Assembly: GCA_027451045.1 (NCBI GenBank)
Contig: DAIDKC010000073.1
Location: 1 to 49,846, forward strand
From: Holophagaceae bacterium
GTDB taxonomy: Bacteria; Acidobacteriota; Holophagae; Holophagales; Holophagaceae
Length of the DNA stretch: 49,846 bases
Reading direction: 5' to 3'
This document shows positions 38,001-46,691 of the stretch, piece by piece. The translations under genes were made by a program, and so were the position numbers. The first letter of the stretch is position 1. The number at the start of each line of letters is the position of its first letter. The notes under the pieces are model-generated. The model did not search any database. It had not been told where the DNA came from and was given only the letters and a program-made list of their open reading frames with translations.

Positions 38001-39469
38001 TCGCCTGGAAGCTGGTGCCTGATGACATCCCCACCGGGACCACCGACGCCCAGCAGAAGGTGCTGGCGCGCATGGGATTCTCCACCTGCACGCCCGCCGT
38101 GGGCACGGTGGACACCGATTCGGGCCCCGAGAACATGGTCTTCCTGGGCGGGGGCATGAGCACCCAGTCCGTGGATTCGGCCTTTGCGCCGACCTACGGC
38201 TCCGGGACCCAGCTCGGACGCTCCCTGGTGGCCTTCGACGTAGTCAATGGCCCCAGTACGAACCTCCAAACCTGGGACTTCACCACGAGTTCCTTCACGA
38301 ACACCTTCTTCGGCTCGACGGGGGGCACCATGGGCTGCGTGGCCGCGGGGGTGATGCCCTTCGAGCTCTTCCCCAACAGCCAGCGGATCCAGCGGGTCTA
38401 CTTTGCGGACACCCCGACGAATACCAATGCCTCCGCCATCCGGGGCGGCGCCGTCTGGGCCCTGGGCAGCAACCAGCTCGCCTCCAACGGGGTCATCCGG
38501 CTGGACAGCAGCAGCATGGACGACTGGACCTCGTCCACCAACGCAGGCATCCGCAAGGTGCTCCAGGCCCCCCTGGGCTGGAGCATGTCCACCTCGCCCA
38601 TCCCCTTCCGCCTCGGCGGTGACGGCCTCTATCCCGTCGCGCGCACCAGCACGCCCACGACCAACCCCCTGGCGGTGGGCGTCCTCGTGGGAACCGGGGA
38701 CCGCAACGACCCGATGGACAACGACAGCATCAACCCGGCGGTGGTGAACTCCTCCGGGAAGACCACCACCGCCTACAACAACTGGCTCGCGGTGGCCTTC
38801 GACCGGCAGGACAGCGCCTCGCTGTCCGGTGTGTCAGGCGTCACCGCTACCAACCTGGACACCGCAGGAATGCAGCTCGGCAAGGTCAGCACCGACGGGG
38901 ACCTGGCGGACCTCACCACCGTGAACAGCTATACCGGGGCCTTCTCGGTCGGCAGCAGCAGCTACTCGGTGGATCCCACCAACTCGGCCTTCTATCTGAG
39001 CCAGAAGCTGGGTTACAAGCTGAACATGGGCGCCGCCCTGGCCAAGGACTCCAACAACTACTACTACCCCAAGGTGATCACCGAGCCTGCCGTGCTCACG
39101 GGGGTGCTCTTCTTCAGCGACTTCTCCCCCCAGGTCGGCACCGCCGCCTCCTGCACCGGGGCGGGATTCACCAACACCTACCGCATCTGCAACGTGATGG
39201 AGCCGACCTTCAACAGCGGCAACACCACGGCCTCCTCCACCAGCTTCAACAGCGGGGACCCCACCTGTTCCGGCATCATCCTCACGTTCCCGAATCTCCC
39301 GGGCGCCCTCACCGCCCTGGGCACCTCGTACATCATCCAGAGCGGCCAGGGGGTCTCCACCAGCGGAACCGCCGGCACCATTGACAATGCCGGCGCCCAC
39401 CTGGGAAGCGGCAGCGGCCTGCCGACCTCTCTTTCCAACAAGCCCCGCACCTGGCGCATCATCCGCTGA
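35051..39469 (+). CDS. pilY1: PilY1/PilC-like pilus tip adhesin (vWA + beta-propeller), about 1472 aa
   Basis: GGAGG RBS and signal peptide; IFDFSGSM MIDAS, TPLA, VFTDG; W.GDL, MGDIVSSSP, ELWAFIP, DGSP, GERKGG..YYA.D, GTGD; C-terminal WR. Confidence 0.88.
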   Translation: MSLASRFRPFALVFFACACLLPLRGQGDPRLQSVNTDLLDLYKVSAAKPELLTIFDFSGSMHAIYWQQQYYTDANQDSHNAQWNFQNFRGTVSNSGDFPGIVPGLDANGYIHMMYGTGYFKGGGSAGQPLYDDSESSIFADPYGKQGPVLVAPNGDIIAIDHTQTYSRSQLDAFVQQASHIRVTATANVVLDGVSQSVTRTIDLPIPWAIMDPTATGNNNAYNTISYVADPSGGPSVTPDTLYQSTSQDNIVNSSVYNDWLNGWNGGYLWKIGRFHYNLDYLWWVFFGTDVRNSTNNGSTDTGHFVIPAVYDSLGSGFEPTSAPLAAWPTSTYPAKTWSNGLVGFTRFQALKNAVVRAWFANQTKVWWGYRYIDDNEDGTTEVSADNGNAASTTISRDIRLFRTATSSTTPDQQLSKFLAAAPQTSTPLAHALANAYAQLAQTQDSNSTFGTANVSSNGQSGTENPIPPCRNSFVVVFTDGIANDQGLGTGDPYAAGTAATGNSALGSLSNLMPGGPDFNIWTLAGAAAHYQVSSYTGPSGGGNSSWEDLDSSDQAPWLITSRGATPSSPRRARTMTVAMSVAGSLSDTASGKADLFRAALYGNPNPSNDTWNLNTPPFDPTNPSSDPNINPFFFDATDVNKLSSAVTAILAEVTKASAAVAAPSSPLVGLSLGNQVYLGLFETADGPRWKGDLLMAGLQVSSSSGVNFLDKNGNVVQNINAGNAVWSANYNVFNNKSRTWQTRNIYTNLPGTTTVVPFNESDTQITAAMVGATNATDRTAYIRFMRGAETAAETDASDTNPRWDIMGDIVSSSPAVLEYPYDPTLLAAVSPKLAALAVPSGVTPHFRVIFVGDNQGIFHAFGEVSWTVQKSITTTDANGNTTTVNVTVPQGDVDELWAFIPGEFLQYIPQLRNSANPHRYRMDGSPYIYFDDVPAAGQNAGDGVVDGSDVVRVIVGERKGGRSYYAFDFSNLASVVANTGNTLAWKLVPDDIPTGTTDAQQKVLARMGFSTCTPAVGTVDTDSGPENMVFLGGGMSTQSVDSAFAPTYGSGTQLGRSLVAFDVVNGPSTNLQTWDFTTSSFTNTFFGSTGGTMGCVAAGVMPFELFPNSQRIQRVYFADTPTNTNASAIRGGAVWALGSNQLASNGVIRLDSSSMDDWTSSTNAGIRKVLQAPLGWSMSTSPIPFRLGGDGLYPVARTSTPTTNPLAVGVLVGTGDRNDPMDNDSINPAVVNSSGKTTTAYNNWLAVAFDRQDSASLSGVSGVTATNLDTAGMQLGKVSTDGDLADLTTVNSYTGAFSVGSSSYSVDPTNSAFYLSQKLGYKLNMGAALAKDSNNYYYPKVITEPAVLTGVLFFSDFSPQVGTAASCTGAGFTNTYRICNVMEPTFNSGNTTASSTSFNSGDPTCSGIILTFPNLPGALTALGTSYIIQSGQGVSTSGTAGTIDNAGAHLGSGSGLPTSLSNKPRTWRIIR

Positions 39470-39482
39470 CGTCCGTCCCAGC

Positions 39483-39514
39483 GGCTCCGGGGGTCCCCCA
39501 GGATCTCCGGAGCC
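39483..39514 (+). terminator. GC-rich hairpin after pilY1
   Basis: GGCTCCGGGGGTCC-CCCA-GGATCTCCGGAGCC (two G:U pairs); no U tract. Confidence 0.5.
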
Positions 39515-39554
39515 CGTGGGTCCGCCCCGCCGGACGCGCGTGCTAGGCTGGACC

Positions 39555-40355
39555 GTGTCCGATGATCTCCGCCTGCGTGCCAAGAAGGCCCTCGGCCAGA
39601 ATTTCCTGGTGAACGAGGGGGCCATTCGCACCATCGTGGACGCGGCGCTGGGCGCACCAGCGGAGCGCCTGCTGGAGATCGGCCCGGGACCCGGGGTGCT
39701 CACCGAGCCTCTGCTGGCGGACGGCCGCCCGCTCTGGGTCGTGGAACTCGATCCCGAGGCCTGCGCGCTTCTGGGGCGGCGCTTCGGCGGGCGGCCCCGG
39801 TTCCACCTCCTGGAAGGCGACGCGGTGGGCCTGCCGCTGCCGGACGGACCGCCCTGGTCCGTGGTGGGCAACCTGCCCTACAACGCCGCCACGCCCATCC
39901 TGGGGCGCCTCCTGGCGGGAGGCATCCCCTGGGTACGACTGGTGCTCATGTTCCAGCTGGAGGTGGCCCAGAAGCTCATGGGCGAAGCCGGCACGAAGGC
40001 CTACGGCCCGCTCTCCGTCCTGGCCCAGCTCTGCACGCGGATGACCCGGCTGGCCCGGCTGGGCCCCGGCTCCTTCCGCCCCGCGCCCAAGGTGGATTCC
40101 GCCGTGCTCCAGTTCGAACCCCGCCCCGATGCCCCCGACCCGGACGAACGCCGGGCGCTCCTGTTCCTCCTGCACCGCGCCTTCGCCCACCGCCGCAAGA
40201 CCCTGGCCAATGCCTGCCAGGGGATGCTTGCGCCGGAGGCCCTGGCGGAGGCAGGACTCGGTCCAGGGCTGCGGGCGGAGGCCATCGCGCCGTCCGCGTG
40301 GCTCGCCGCCTTGCGGATCCTGCGCCCGCACCATCCGGAGGTATTCCCGTCGTGA
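39555..40355 (+). CDS. rsmA: 16S rRNA m6,2A dimethyltransferase
   Basis: AKKALGQNFL, EIGPGPG, GNLPY, MFQ.EVA, F.P.PKVDS, RRKTL; GTG start. Confidence 0.97.
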   Translation: MSDDLRLRAKKALGQNFLVNEGAIRTIVDAALGAPAERLLEIGPGPGVLTEPLLADGRPLWVVELDPEACALLGRRFGGRPRFHLLEGDAVGLPLPDGPPWSVVGNLPYNAATPILGRLLAGGIPWVRLVLMFQLEVAQKLMGEAGTKAYGPLSVLAQLCTRMTRLARLGPGSFRPAPKVDSAVLQFEPRPDAPDPDERRALLFLLHRAFAHRRKTLANACQGMLAPEALAEAGLGPGLRAEAIAPSAWLAALRILRPHHPEVFPS

Positions 40356-42067
40356 TCTCGAGCGTTCCCGCCTTCACCGAATGGAACAGCCCCCCGGAGG
40401 AGGGGGAGCTGCGCCTGATCCCCATCGGGGGGCTGGGGGAGTTCGGCATGAACGCCCTGGTGGTCCATGGCCCGCAGAACCTCTTCCTGGTGGACTGCGG
40501 GCAGCTCTTCCCCTCGGACGACCAGCCGGGCATTGATGCCGTCGTGCCGGACTTCGCCTACCTGGAACCCTTCGCGGCGGAGCTCCAGGCGGTGCTGCTC
40601 ACCCATGGCCACGAGGACCACATCGGCGCCTTGCCCACCCTGCTGCGGCGCTGGCCCGTCCCCGTGTACGGGACGGCCTTCACCCTGGGCCTCGTGGAAG
40701 GGAAGCTGCGCGAACACGGGCTGGATCCGGGCCTCCTGCATCCGGTGCCCGACTACGGCCGCGTGGCCGTGGGCGGGGGCGAGGTGTCGGCGGAATGGAT
40801 CCCCGTCACCCACAGCATCCCCGATGCCTGCGCACTGGCGCTCCATACGCCCCAGGGCGTGATCGTCCACTCGGGGGATTTCAAGCTGGATCCCGCCCCG
40901 CTGGATGGCCGTCTCACGGGCCTGGACCGCCTCCGCGCGCTGGGGGATGCCGGGGTCCGCCTGCTCCTGGCCGATTCCACCAACGTGCAGCGCCCTGGGC
41001 GCTCGCCCTCGGAATCCGCCTGCCGGGAGGGCCTGAACGCGGCCTTCCGGGCGACCCGGGGCCGCCTCGTGGTGACGACCTTCAGCTCACACATCCACCG
41101 GATCCAGACCCTGCTGGATCTGGCCTACGAACATCACCGGCAGGTGGTCCTGCTGGGGCGGAGCCTGGAGCGGAACCTGGCCCTGGCCCGCGGTCTCAGG
41201 CGCCTGGCCCTTCCCGACGACTTCCTGGTGGACACCCGGGATGCAGCCCGGTACGACCCGGGCGAGCTGCTGGTCCTCTGCACGGGCAGCCAGGGCGAGC
41301 CCATGAGCGGCCTGGCGAGGCTGCTGCGCCGGGAGGTGAAGGGCCTGGCCCTCGCGCCTGGAGACCGGCTGGTGGTGAGCGCCCGCGCCATACCCGGCAA
41401 CGAGGTGGCCATCTCGCGGATGCTGGACGAGGCGGAGCGCCAGGGGGCGGACACGGCCCTGGAGGGGCTCGGGATGGTCCACGTCTCCGGCCACGGCCAG
41501 CGGGAGGAGCTGGCCGACCTCATCCGCGCCGTGCGGCCGGCGCAAGTGGCTCCGGTCCACGGCACCTACCGCAACCTCCGCGCCCACGGCGCCCTGGCCG
41601 AATCGCTGGGCTGGCCCCGGGAGCACATCTCGCTTCTGGATGGCGGCCAGTGTCTGCGCCTCTTCGCGGACGGGAGGGTGGATCTCTCCGGGGCCGTCCC
41701 GGTGGGCAAGTGCTTCGTCCACGAGGGGGTGGACCACATGGTGGATGCCCGGGTGGTGCAGGACCGCCTCATCCTCCAGGAGGACGGGGTCGTCTTCGCC
41801 ACGCTGCTGGTGGATCCGGCCACGGGTGCCCTGAGGGCGGACCCCACCATCCTCAGCCGGGGCTTCGTGGTGCGGTCCGATGACGAGACCTATGGCGACC
41901 TGCTGCGCGGCGTGGCGCGCCAGGCCTTCGAAAGCGCCCCTGCCGAAGTCAGGCAGGATCCCGAGGCGCTGCGCGAGGCCATCCGCCAGGCGCTGCGCCG
42001 CATCATCCGGAAGACGACCCAGACCCGCCCCCTGGTCGTTCCGGTGCTGCTGGAGACGCCGGAGTAG
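40352..42067 (+). CDS. rnj: Ribonuclease J
   Basis: GGLGEFGMN, THGHEDHIG, HSIPD, GDFK.D, DSTN, TGSQGEP, HVSGH, PVHG; GTG start overlapping the rsmA stop. Confidence 0.96.
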   Translation: MISSVPAFTEWNSPPEEGELRLIPIGGLGEFGMNALVVHGPQNLFLVDCGQLFPSDDQPGIDAVVPDFAYLEPFAAELQAVLLTHGHEDHIGALPTLLRRWPVPVYGTAFTLGLVEGKLREHGLDPGLLHPVPDYGRVAVGGGEVSAEWIPVTHSIPDACALALHTPQGVIVHSGDFKLDPAPLDGRLTGLDRLRALGDAGVRLLLADSTNVQRPGRSPSESACREGLNAAFRATRGRLVVTTFSSHIHRIQTLLDLAYEHHRQVVLLGRSLERNLALARGLRRLALPDDFLVDTRDAARYDPGELLVLCTGSQGEPMSGLARLLRREVKGLALAPGDRLVVSARAIPGNEVAISRMLDEAERQGADTALEGLGMVHVSGHGQREELADLIRAVRPAQVAPVHGTYRNLRAHGALAESLGWPREHISLLDGGQCLRLFADGRVDLSGAVPVGKCFVHEGVDHMVDARVVQDRLILQEDGVVFATLLVDPATGALRADPTILSRGFVVRSDDETYGDLLRGVARQAFESAPAEVRQDPEALREAIRQALRRIIRKTTQTRPLVVPVLLETPE

Positions 42068-42084
42068 CGGGAAGCCGGAGGTTC

Positions 42085-42615
42085 CTACCGCCCGCCGCCG
42101 CGGCGGATGCCCCCCGGACCGGGTCCCATGCGTCCACCGGGTCCCATGCGGTTGCCGAAGCCCCGGCGCAGGACCTCGATCATCCGCCGCTGCATCTCCT
42201 CCACCTGGAGGATGAGGCGGACCTGCTGGGCAGGCGTGAGACGGGCCCGGATGTCATCCTCGAACTGGAGCTTGAGGCGCATCTGGTGGTGGCGGAGGTC
42301 CACGAACTGGTCCAGCAGGGGCCGGATGCGGGCGTTCTTCTCCTCCTCGGTCCCGGGGCCCATCAGGATGTCGTTGAACCGCTCGCGCAGGCCGTGGAGC
42401 TGGCGGGAGGTGTCGAAGAGTTCCTGGTCGTAGCGGGCCCACCGCTCGGCGACGGCCTGGGCCTGCTCCTCCGAGAGGCCGACGTTCCGCTCCAGGTGGT
42501 TCACCCGGAAGCGGAAGAGCAGGCGGCTCTCGTCCTCCTGCTGGGCATGGAGGGTCGGGGCGAGGGCGAGGAGCACCGCCGGGGCCAGGAGGATCGTGCG
42601 TCGGTACATGCTCAC
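42085..42615 (-). CDS. Periplasmic Spy/CpxP-like helical protein
   Basis: Signal peptide; LSEEQ and LTPAQ motifs; Gly/Pro/Met-rich tail. Confidence 0.7.
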   Translation of the reverse strand: MSMYRRTILLAPAVLLALAPTLHAQQEDESRLLFRFRVNHLERNVGLSEEQAQAVAERWARYDQELFDTSRQLHGLRERFNDILMGPGTEEEKNARIRPLLDQFVDLRHHQMRLKLQFEDDIRARLTPAQQVRLILQVEEMQRRMIEVLRRGFGNRMGPGGRMGPGPGGIRRGGGR

Positions 42616-43121
42616 CTCCTCGCAGGGGCCGGGGCGTCCATCTGCTTCAGCAGCGCCTTCATGTCCGACGCGCTGAGGGTCTGGACCTGGGCGGCTTCCT
42701 CGTCCCGGTCGTGGAAGGGCTCTTCGGGCACGGTGACCTCTACGGTGTCGGCGGGCTTCGGGAGGCTGGCTTCCACCAGGGGCGTGCGGTTCGCCCGGCC
42801 GGCCCAGAAGGCGCCGGCCCCCACCGCCATCAGCAGCACCGCCGCGGCGGCCCAGGCGAGACCGTGGAGATGGCTGCGGGACCAGGAGGGCCGGGCCGGG
42901 AGCTTGCCGAGGAGGCGGTCCGGGAGGCGGTCGTGGTAGCCCGCGGGCGCCAGGGCATCCGGAGCCTCGTCCTGGGCGAGGAAGAGGACGCGGGCCTCGG
43001 CGCAGGCCGGGCAGGTCCGCAGGTGGCGTTCCGCCTCGGCTCCCGGGGACAGAGGATCCGCCTCGACGGCAGCCAGGGCCCGGGTGCAGGGTTCAGGGAT
43101 CTGGAGGGTCTCGCGGGTCAT
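42612..43121 (-). CDS. Zinc-finger anti-sigma factor
   Basis: HLRTCPAC (HxxxCxxC), one TM, coupled to the ECF sigma gene. Confidence 0.85.
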   Translation of the reverse strand: MTRETLQIPEPCTRALAAVEADPLSPGAEAERHLRTCPACAEARVLFLAQDEAPDALAPAGYHDRLPDRLLGKLPARPSWSRSHLHGLAWAAAAVLLMAVGAGAFWAGRANRTPLVEASLPKPADTVEVTVPEEPFHDRDEEAAQVQTLSASDMKALLKQMDAPAPARR

Positions 43122-43762
43122 GGGCGGCCTCCTTTGACATGGCGGGTGAGGTTCTGGATCGCGTGGAAGATGTGCGCCTTGACGCTCCCCACGCTGGTGC
43201 CCATCTCCTCCGCGATCCGCTCGTACTTCCAGTCGTGCTGGAGCTTCAGGGTCAGGGCCTCCTTCTGGCGCCGGGGCAGCCTGGGCAGGGCCTCCCGCAG
43301 CAGGCGGCGGGCCTCCTCGTCCAGGAGGGCCGTGGCCTGGGTCTCCTCCACCCTCAGGGCGGGGTGCTCCAGGCCTTCCTCGGGCAGGTCGAGGCTCTCC
43401 TGGTCCCGGGCCAGGCGCTCGCGGTAGTTGAGGGCCTGGCGGGTGGCGATGGTGATGAGCCAGGTCCGGAAGGAGGATTCGAAGCGGAACCCGGGGAGGG
43501 CCCGGTAGACCCTCAGGAAGGTCTCCTGGACCACATCGTCGGCATCCTGGTGGTTCTTCAGGATGGAGAAGGCCTTGCCGTAGACGTCGCGGCTGAAGAG
43601 TCTCACCAGCGCGGCGAAGGCGGCCTGATCGCCGGCCTGAGCAGCCTCCACCCACCCGAGCACTTCGGGCGTGTGGTAGGGGGAGGCAGGATCGGGAATC
43701 CGCGCGGCGGCCCGGGGGTCCGTCTGGGGCATCAGGGGCTCGTTCAAGGCGATGGCCAACAT
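43118..43762 (-). CDS. ECF sigma factor (sigma70 group 4)
   Basis: GD..AF..LV, DVVQETF, FRTWL.TIA, IAEEMG.SVGSVK. The true start may be the ATG at 43732. Confidence 0.95.
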   Translation of the reverse strand: MLAIALNEPLMPQTDPRAAARIPDPASPYHTPEVLGWVEAAQAGDQAAFAALVRLFSRDVYGKAFSILKNHQDADDVVQETFLRVYRALPGFRFESSFRTWLITIATRQALNYRERLARDQESLDLPEEGLEHPALRVEETQATALLDEEARRLLREALPRLPRRQKEALTLKLQHDWKYERIAEEMGTSVGSVKAHIFHAIQNLTRHVKGGRP

Positions 43763-43896
43763 GATTTTAGCCTCGAGGCAGGAGGAACGCGCCTGGACCG
43801 CTCCCAGGAGAATGGAGGCCCGAAGGGGCTCCGGGGTTGAGGGGAATCGGGTTAGTGTGGATCCAGGCCCTTGCCGCCCTTCCCGCCGGAGCCCCC

Positions 43897-44418
43897 ATGC
43901 GCGACCAGATCACCCCCCTCCTGTCCGAGGCCCGGATCCAGGCCCGTGTCCGGGAGATGGGGGCCCAGCTGGCCCGGGACTATGCCGGGAAGGACCTGGT
44001 CGTGGTAGGCCTGCTCAATGGGGTCTATCCCTTCTTCGCAGACCTCACCCGTGCCCTGGACCTGGATTTCGAGGTGGGCTTCATGCAGGTGTCCAGCTAC
44101 GGTGGCGGTACCGAGAGCACCGGGGAGGTCCACATCCTGAAGGATCTGGACACCTCCATCCAGGGCCGTCACGCCCTCGTGGTGGAGGACATCGTGGATA
44201 CCGGGCTCACCCTCTTCAAGGTGCGCCACCTCCTGCTGGACCGCGAGCCCGCCAGCCTCCGCATCTGCACCCTCCTCGACAAGCCCAGCCGCCGCAAGAT
44301 CGAGGTCCCGGTGGATTACACCGGGTTCAGCATCGAGGATCACTTCGTCGTCGGCTACGGCCTCGACTATGACGGGAAGCTCCGCAACCTCCCCTATGTC
44401 GGCGTGTACCATCCCTAG
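43897..44418 (+). CDS. hpt: Hypoxanthine phosphoribosyltransferase
   Basis: VSSYG, VEDIVDTGLTL, LLDKP, FVVGYGLDY, RNLPY. Confidence 0.97.
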   Translation: MRDQITPLLSEARIQARVREMGAQLARDYAGKDLVVVGLLNGVYPFFADLTRALDLDFEVGFMQVSSYGGGTESTGEVHILKDLDTSIQGRHALVVEDIVDTGLTLFKVRHLLLDREPASLRICTLLDKPSRRKIEVPVDYTGFSIEDHFVVGYGLDYDGKLRNLPYVGVYHP

Positions 44419-44427
44419 GGCATCCGG

Positions 44428-45030
44428 ATGCAGGAAGGCGGCATGGATTTCGATAGGTCCTCCACTCCGGCCGGCGCGGCGGTGCTCCGCCGCGCCCTCC
44501 TGGCGCTCTCCCTCCTGGCGGGCACCGGCTGCGGCTACCGCCGGCTGGATAGGATTCCGCACAAGGCGGCCTGGGCCCACCGGGGCGACACCATCCGGCT
44601 GGCCCGCTTCCGGAACCTGACCCCCAAGCTGGGCCTGGAGGACCGCTTCACCCGGGCGCTGGAGAGCCGCATCGTGGCCGCCAGCCCCTGGAAGCTGGTG
44701 GGTCCGGGGGAGCCCTCCCGGTGGGTGCTCCAGGGCACCCTCGAGAAGTACGAAGTCATCCCCCTGGGGCTGAGCCTGGGCAACGGAACCGCCAAGGCCA
44801 GTGCCGGCACCGCAAGCCGGGTGGAGGTGAAGGTGGTGGCCAGCGTGGAGCTGCTGGACGGCCAGACCGGCGCCGTGGTGATGTCCCGCCGGGGCCTGAC
44901 CTTCTCCAACCAGTACCGCGTGGACCAGAATTTCGCCAGCTTCAATGATCGGGAAGTCCAGGTGATTGACAGCCTTGCAGACGATTTCGCCGAGAGCTTC
45001 CTGACGCAGCTCCTGGAAGGCAGCGACTGA
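44428..45030 (+). CDS. lptE: LptE-like LPS assembly lipoprotein
   Basis: Lipobox-like AGTGC followed by GY; classic lptE-holA synteny. Start may be 44443. Confidence 0.75.
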   Translation: MQEGGMDFDRSSTPAGAAVLRRALLALSLLAGTGCGYRRLDRIPHKAAWAHRGDTIRLARFRNLTPKLGLEDRFTRALESRIVAASPWKLVGPGEPSRWVLQGTLEKYEVIPLGLSLGNGTAKASAGTASRVEVKVVASVELLDGQTGAVVMSRRGLTFSNQYRVDQNFASFNDREVQVIDSLADDFAESFLTQLLEGSD

Positions 45031-46097
45031 TGGCCGCCCCGACCGGGTGGCTGGAGCACGGGTTCGCCCTCGTCCACGGGGAGGACGGGGACGGCCGGCG
45101 GGAGGCCGTGGCCGCCTGGAAGGCCCGCCACGTGGATCCCGAGTGGGCCGACTTCTCCCTGACGGTCTGCGCGGAGGGCTGTCCATGGCCGGAGGTGCTG
45201 GCCGCCCTCCAGGAGGCCGCTCCCCTGGGGGCTGCGGCCCGCACCGTGATCGTTCCTGCCGCCGACTCCCTCTTCACCCGCGCCAAGGACCTGCCGCCTG
45301 CGGTCAAGGCGATCCTGGAGCATCCCCCCCAGGAGGTGAACCTCCTCCTGGTGGCCTGGACGAGCCTGCCCGCTGCCCCGGGGAAGGCCCTGGGCGCCAA
45401 GCCCTGGACGGACTGGGCCAAGGCGGGCCGGATCCTCAAGGTCGGGCCGGTCGAGCACAAGGACGTGCCGGCCTTCCTGGAGGCGAGGGCCCGGGCCCTG
45501 GGTCTGCGCCTGGGCCCGGGCGGCATCCGCCTGCTCCAGGAGCGGCTGTCCAACGAGCGGGTGATGGGGGGGAGAAAGCGCTCCGAGGGGGCCCATCCCG
45601 GGATCCTCACCCGGGCCCTGGAGGTGCTCCACCTCATGGCGGACGGGGGGCCCGTCACCGAGGCCATGATTGACCAGGCCACCTTCCGCATGGCCGGCGA
45701 GCGGGCCTTCGCCTGGAAGAACGCCTGGATGCGGGGGGACGCCGCCGGCGCCCTGAGGGCGCTCCGGGAGGCCCTGGAGGACGATCCCAGCGGGGCCCCC
45801 CTCCAGCTCCTGGGCCAGGCCCGCGGGGAACTCACCCGCGTGCTCGACTACCTGGATGCCGCTGCCCGCGGGATCCAGGGGTCTGCGCTGCTGGAGGCCG
45901 TCGGCTTCAGTCCTCGGCAGGCCTTCCTCCTCGACGCCCTGTCGGCCACCGCCCGGCGCATGCAGATGGACGGCGCACGGCGGGCCCTCCACCGCGTGAA
46001 CCAGGCCGAGCGCGACCTCAAAGGGCTGGCCCTGGGACGCAGCCAGGCCACACTCCTGGACCTGACCCTCTTCCTCGGCCGGGCCTGGAGCGGATGA
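45030..46097 (+). CDS. holA: DNA polymerase III delta subunit (divergent)
   Basis: Follows lptE; LVHGED N-terminus and C-terminal ERDLKG helix; size fits. Confidence 0.75.
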   Translation: MAAPTGWLEHGFALVHGEDGDGRREAVAAWKARHVDPEWADFSLTVCAEGCPWPEVLAALQEAAPLGAAARTVIVPAADSLFTRAKDLPPAVKAILEHPPQEVNLLLVAWTSLPAAPGKALGAKPWTDWAKAGRILKVGPVEHKDVPAFLEARARALGLRLGPGGIRLLQERLSNERVMGGRKRSEGAHPGILTRALEVLHLMADGGPVTEAMIDQATFRMAGERAFAWKNAWMRGDAAGALRALREALEDDPSGAPLQLLGQARGELTRVLDYLDAAARGIQGSALLEAVGFSPRQAFLLDALSATARRMQMDGARRALHRVNQAERDLKGLALGRSQATLLDLTLFLGRAWSG

Positions 46098-46163
46098 GGC
46101 TGCCCGGGAACTGGCGGGAAGGCCCTGGAACATGCATGCTAGGCCTGTGAAATGGCTGGCGGC

Positions 46164-46249
46164 TGGTGCTCCCGCCCGGACTCGAACCGGGACGCCCTTG
46201 CGGGCAGCGGATTTTAAGTCCGCGGCGTCTGCCATTCCGCCACGGGCGC
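46164..46249 (-). tRNA. tRNA-Leu(TAA), encoded CCA
   Basis: GCGCCCGTGGCGGAATGGCAGACGCCGCGGACTTAAAATCCGC...CCCGGTTCGAGTCCGGGCGGGAGCACCA; long variable arm. Confidence 0.95.
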
Positions 46250-46314
46250 CTGCCTCCAGCCTAGCGGGTCCCGGCGCGGGCCGGGCATGGCGGGGGGCCG
46301 TCCTGCTGCTGGGG

Positions 46315-46614
46315 ATGGCCGGGATGCCGCTGCGGGCGGCCGCGGGGCGGGATCTCGCGGCCTACTATGCGGCCCGCTGCGCGGTCTGCCATGGCGAGGA
46401 GGGGACGGGCCGGGGTCCGGACGGGGCGCGCCTGGGGCCCCTCCCCTTTGCGGATCCGCGGGCCTTCGGGAAGGCGACGGACGCAGAACTGGCCAGGACC
46501 ATCCGGGAAGGGCAGGGGGCCATGCCCGCCTTCAGGTTCCTCCTGAGCGATGCGGAGGCCTTGCGCATGGTCAAGGATGTGCTGCGCCCCATGGCGGGGA
46601 AACGCCGGCGCTGA
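46315..46614 (+). CDS. Monoheme cytochrome c (c6-like); 5' end uncertain
   Basis: CAVCHG, G.GAMPAF, LSDAE. Confidence 0.75.
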   Translation: MAGMPLRAAAGRDLAAYYAARCAVCHGEEGTGRGPDGARLGPLPFADPRAFGKATDAELARTIREGQGAMPAFRFLLSDAEALRMVKDVLRPMAGKRRR

Positions 46615-46691
46615 GGTGTCCACGCCCACCAGGCCGGGCTTGCAAGTGGCCTTCCCGGGTGCATCCTGGATCCGTCCCCGTGGAGGTGGCC

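Noticed and set aside
35051-39469. pilY1 as a diversity-generating retroelement target
   Set aside because: No reverse transcriptase or TR/VR repeat pair was seen in the window.
46098-46170. tRNA-Leu 3' end as an integration site
   Set aside because: holA lies directly beyond it; no integrase or duplicated tRNA 3' end is visible.
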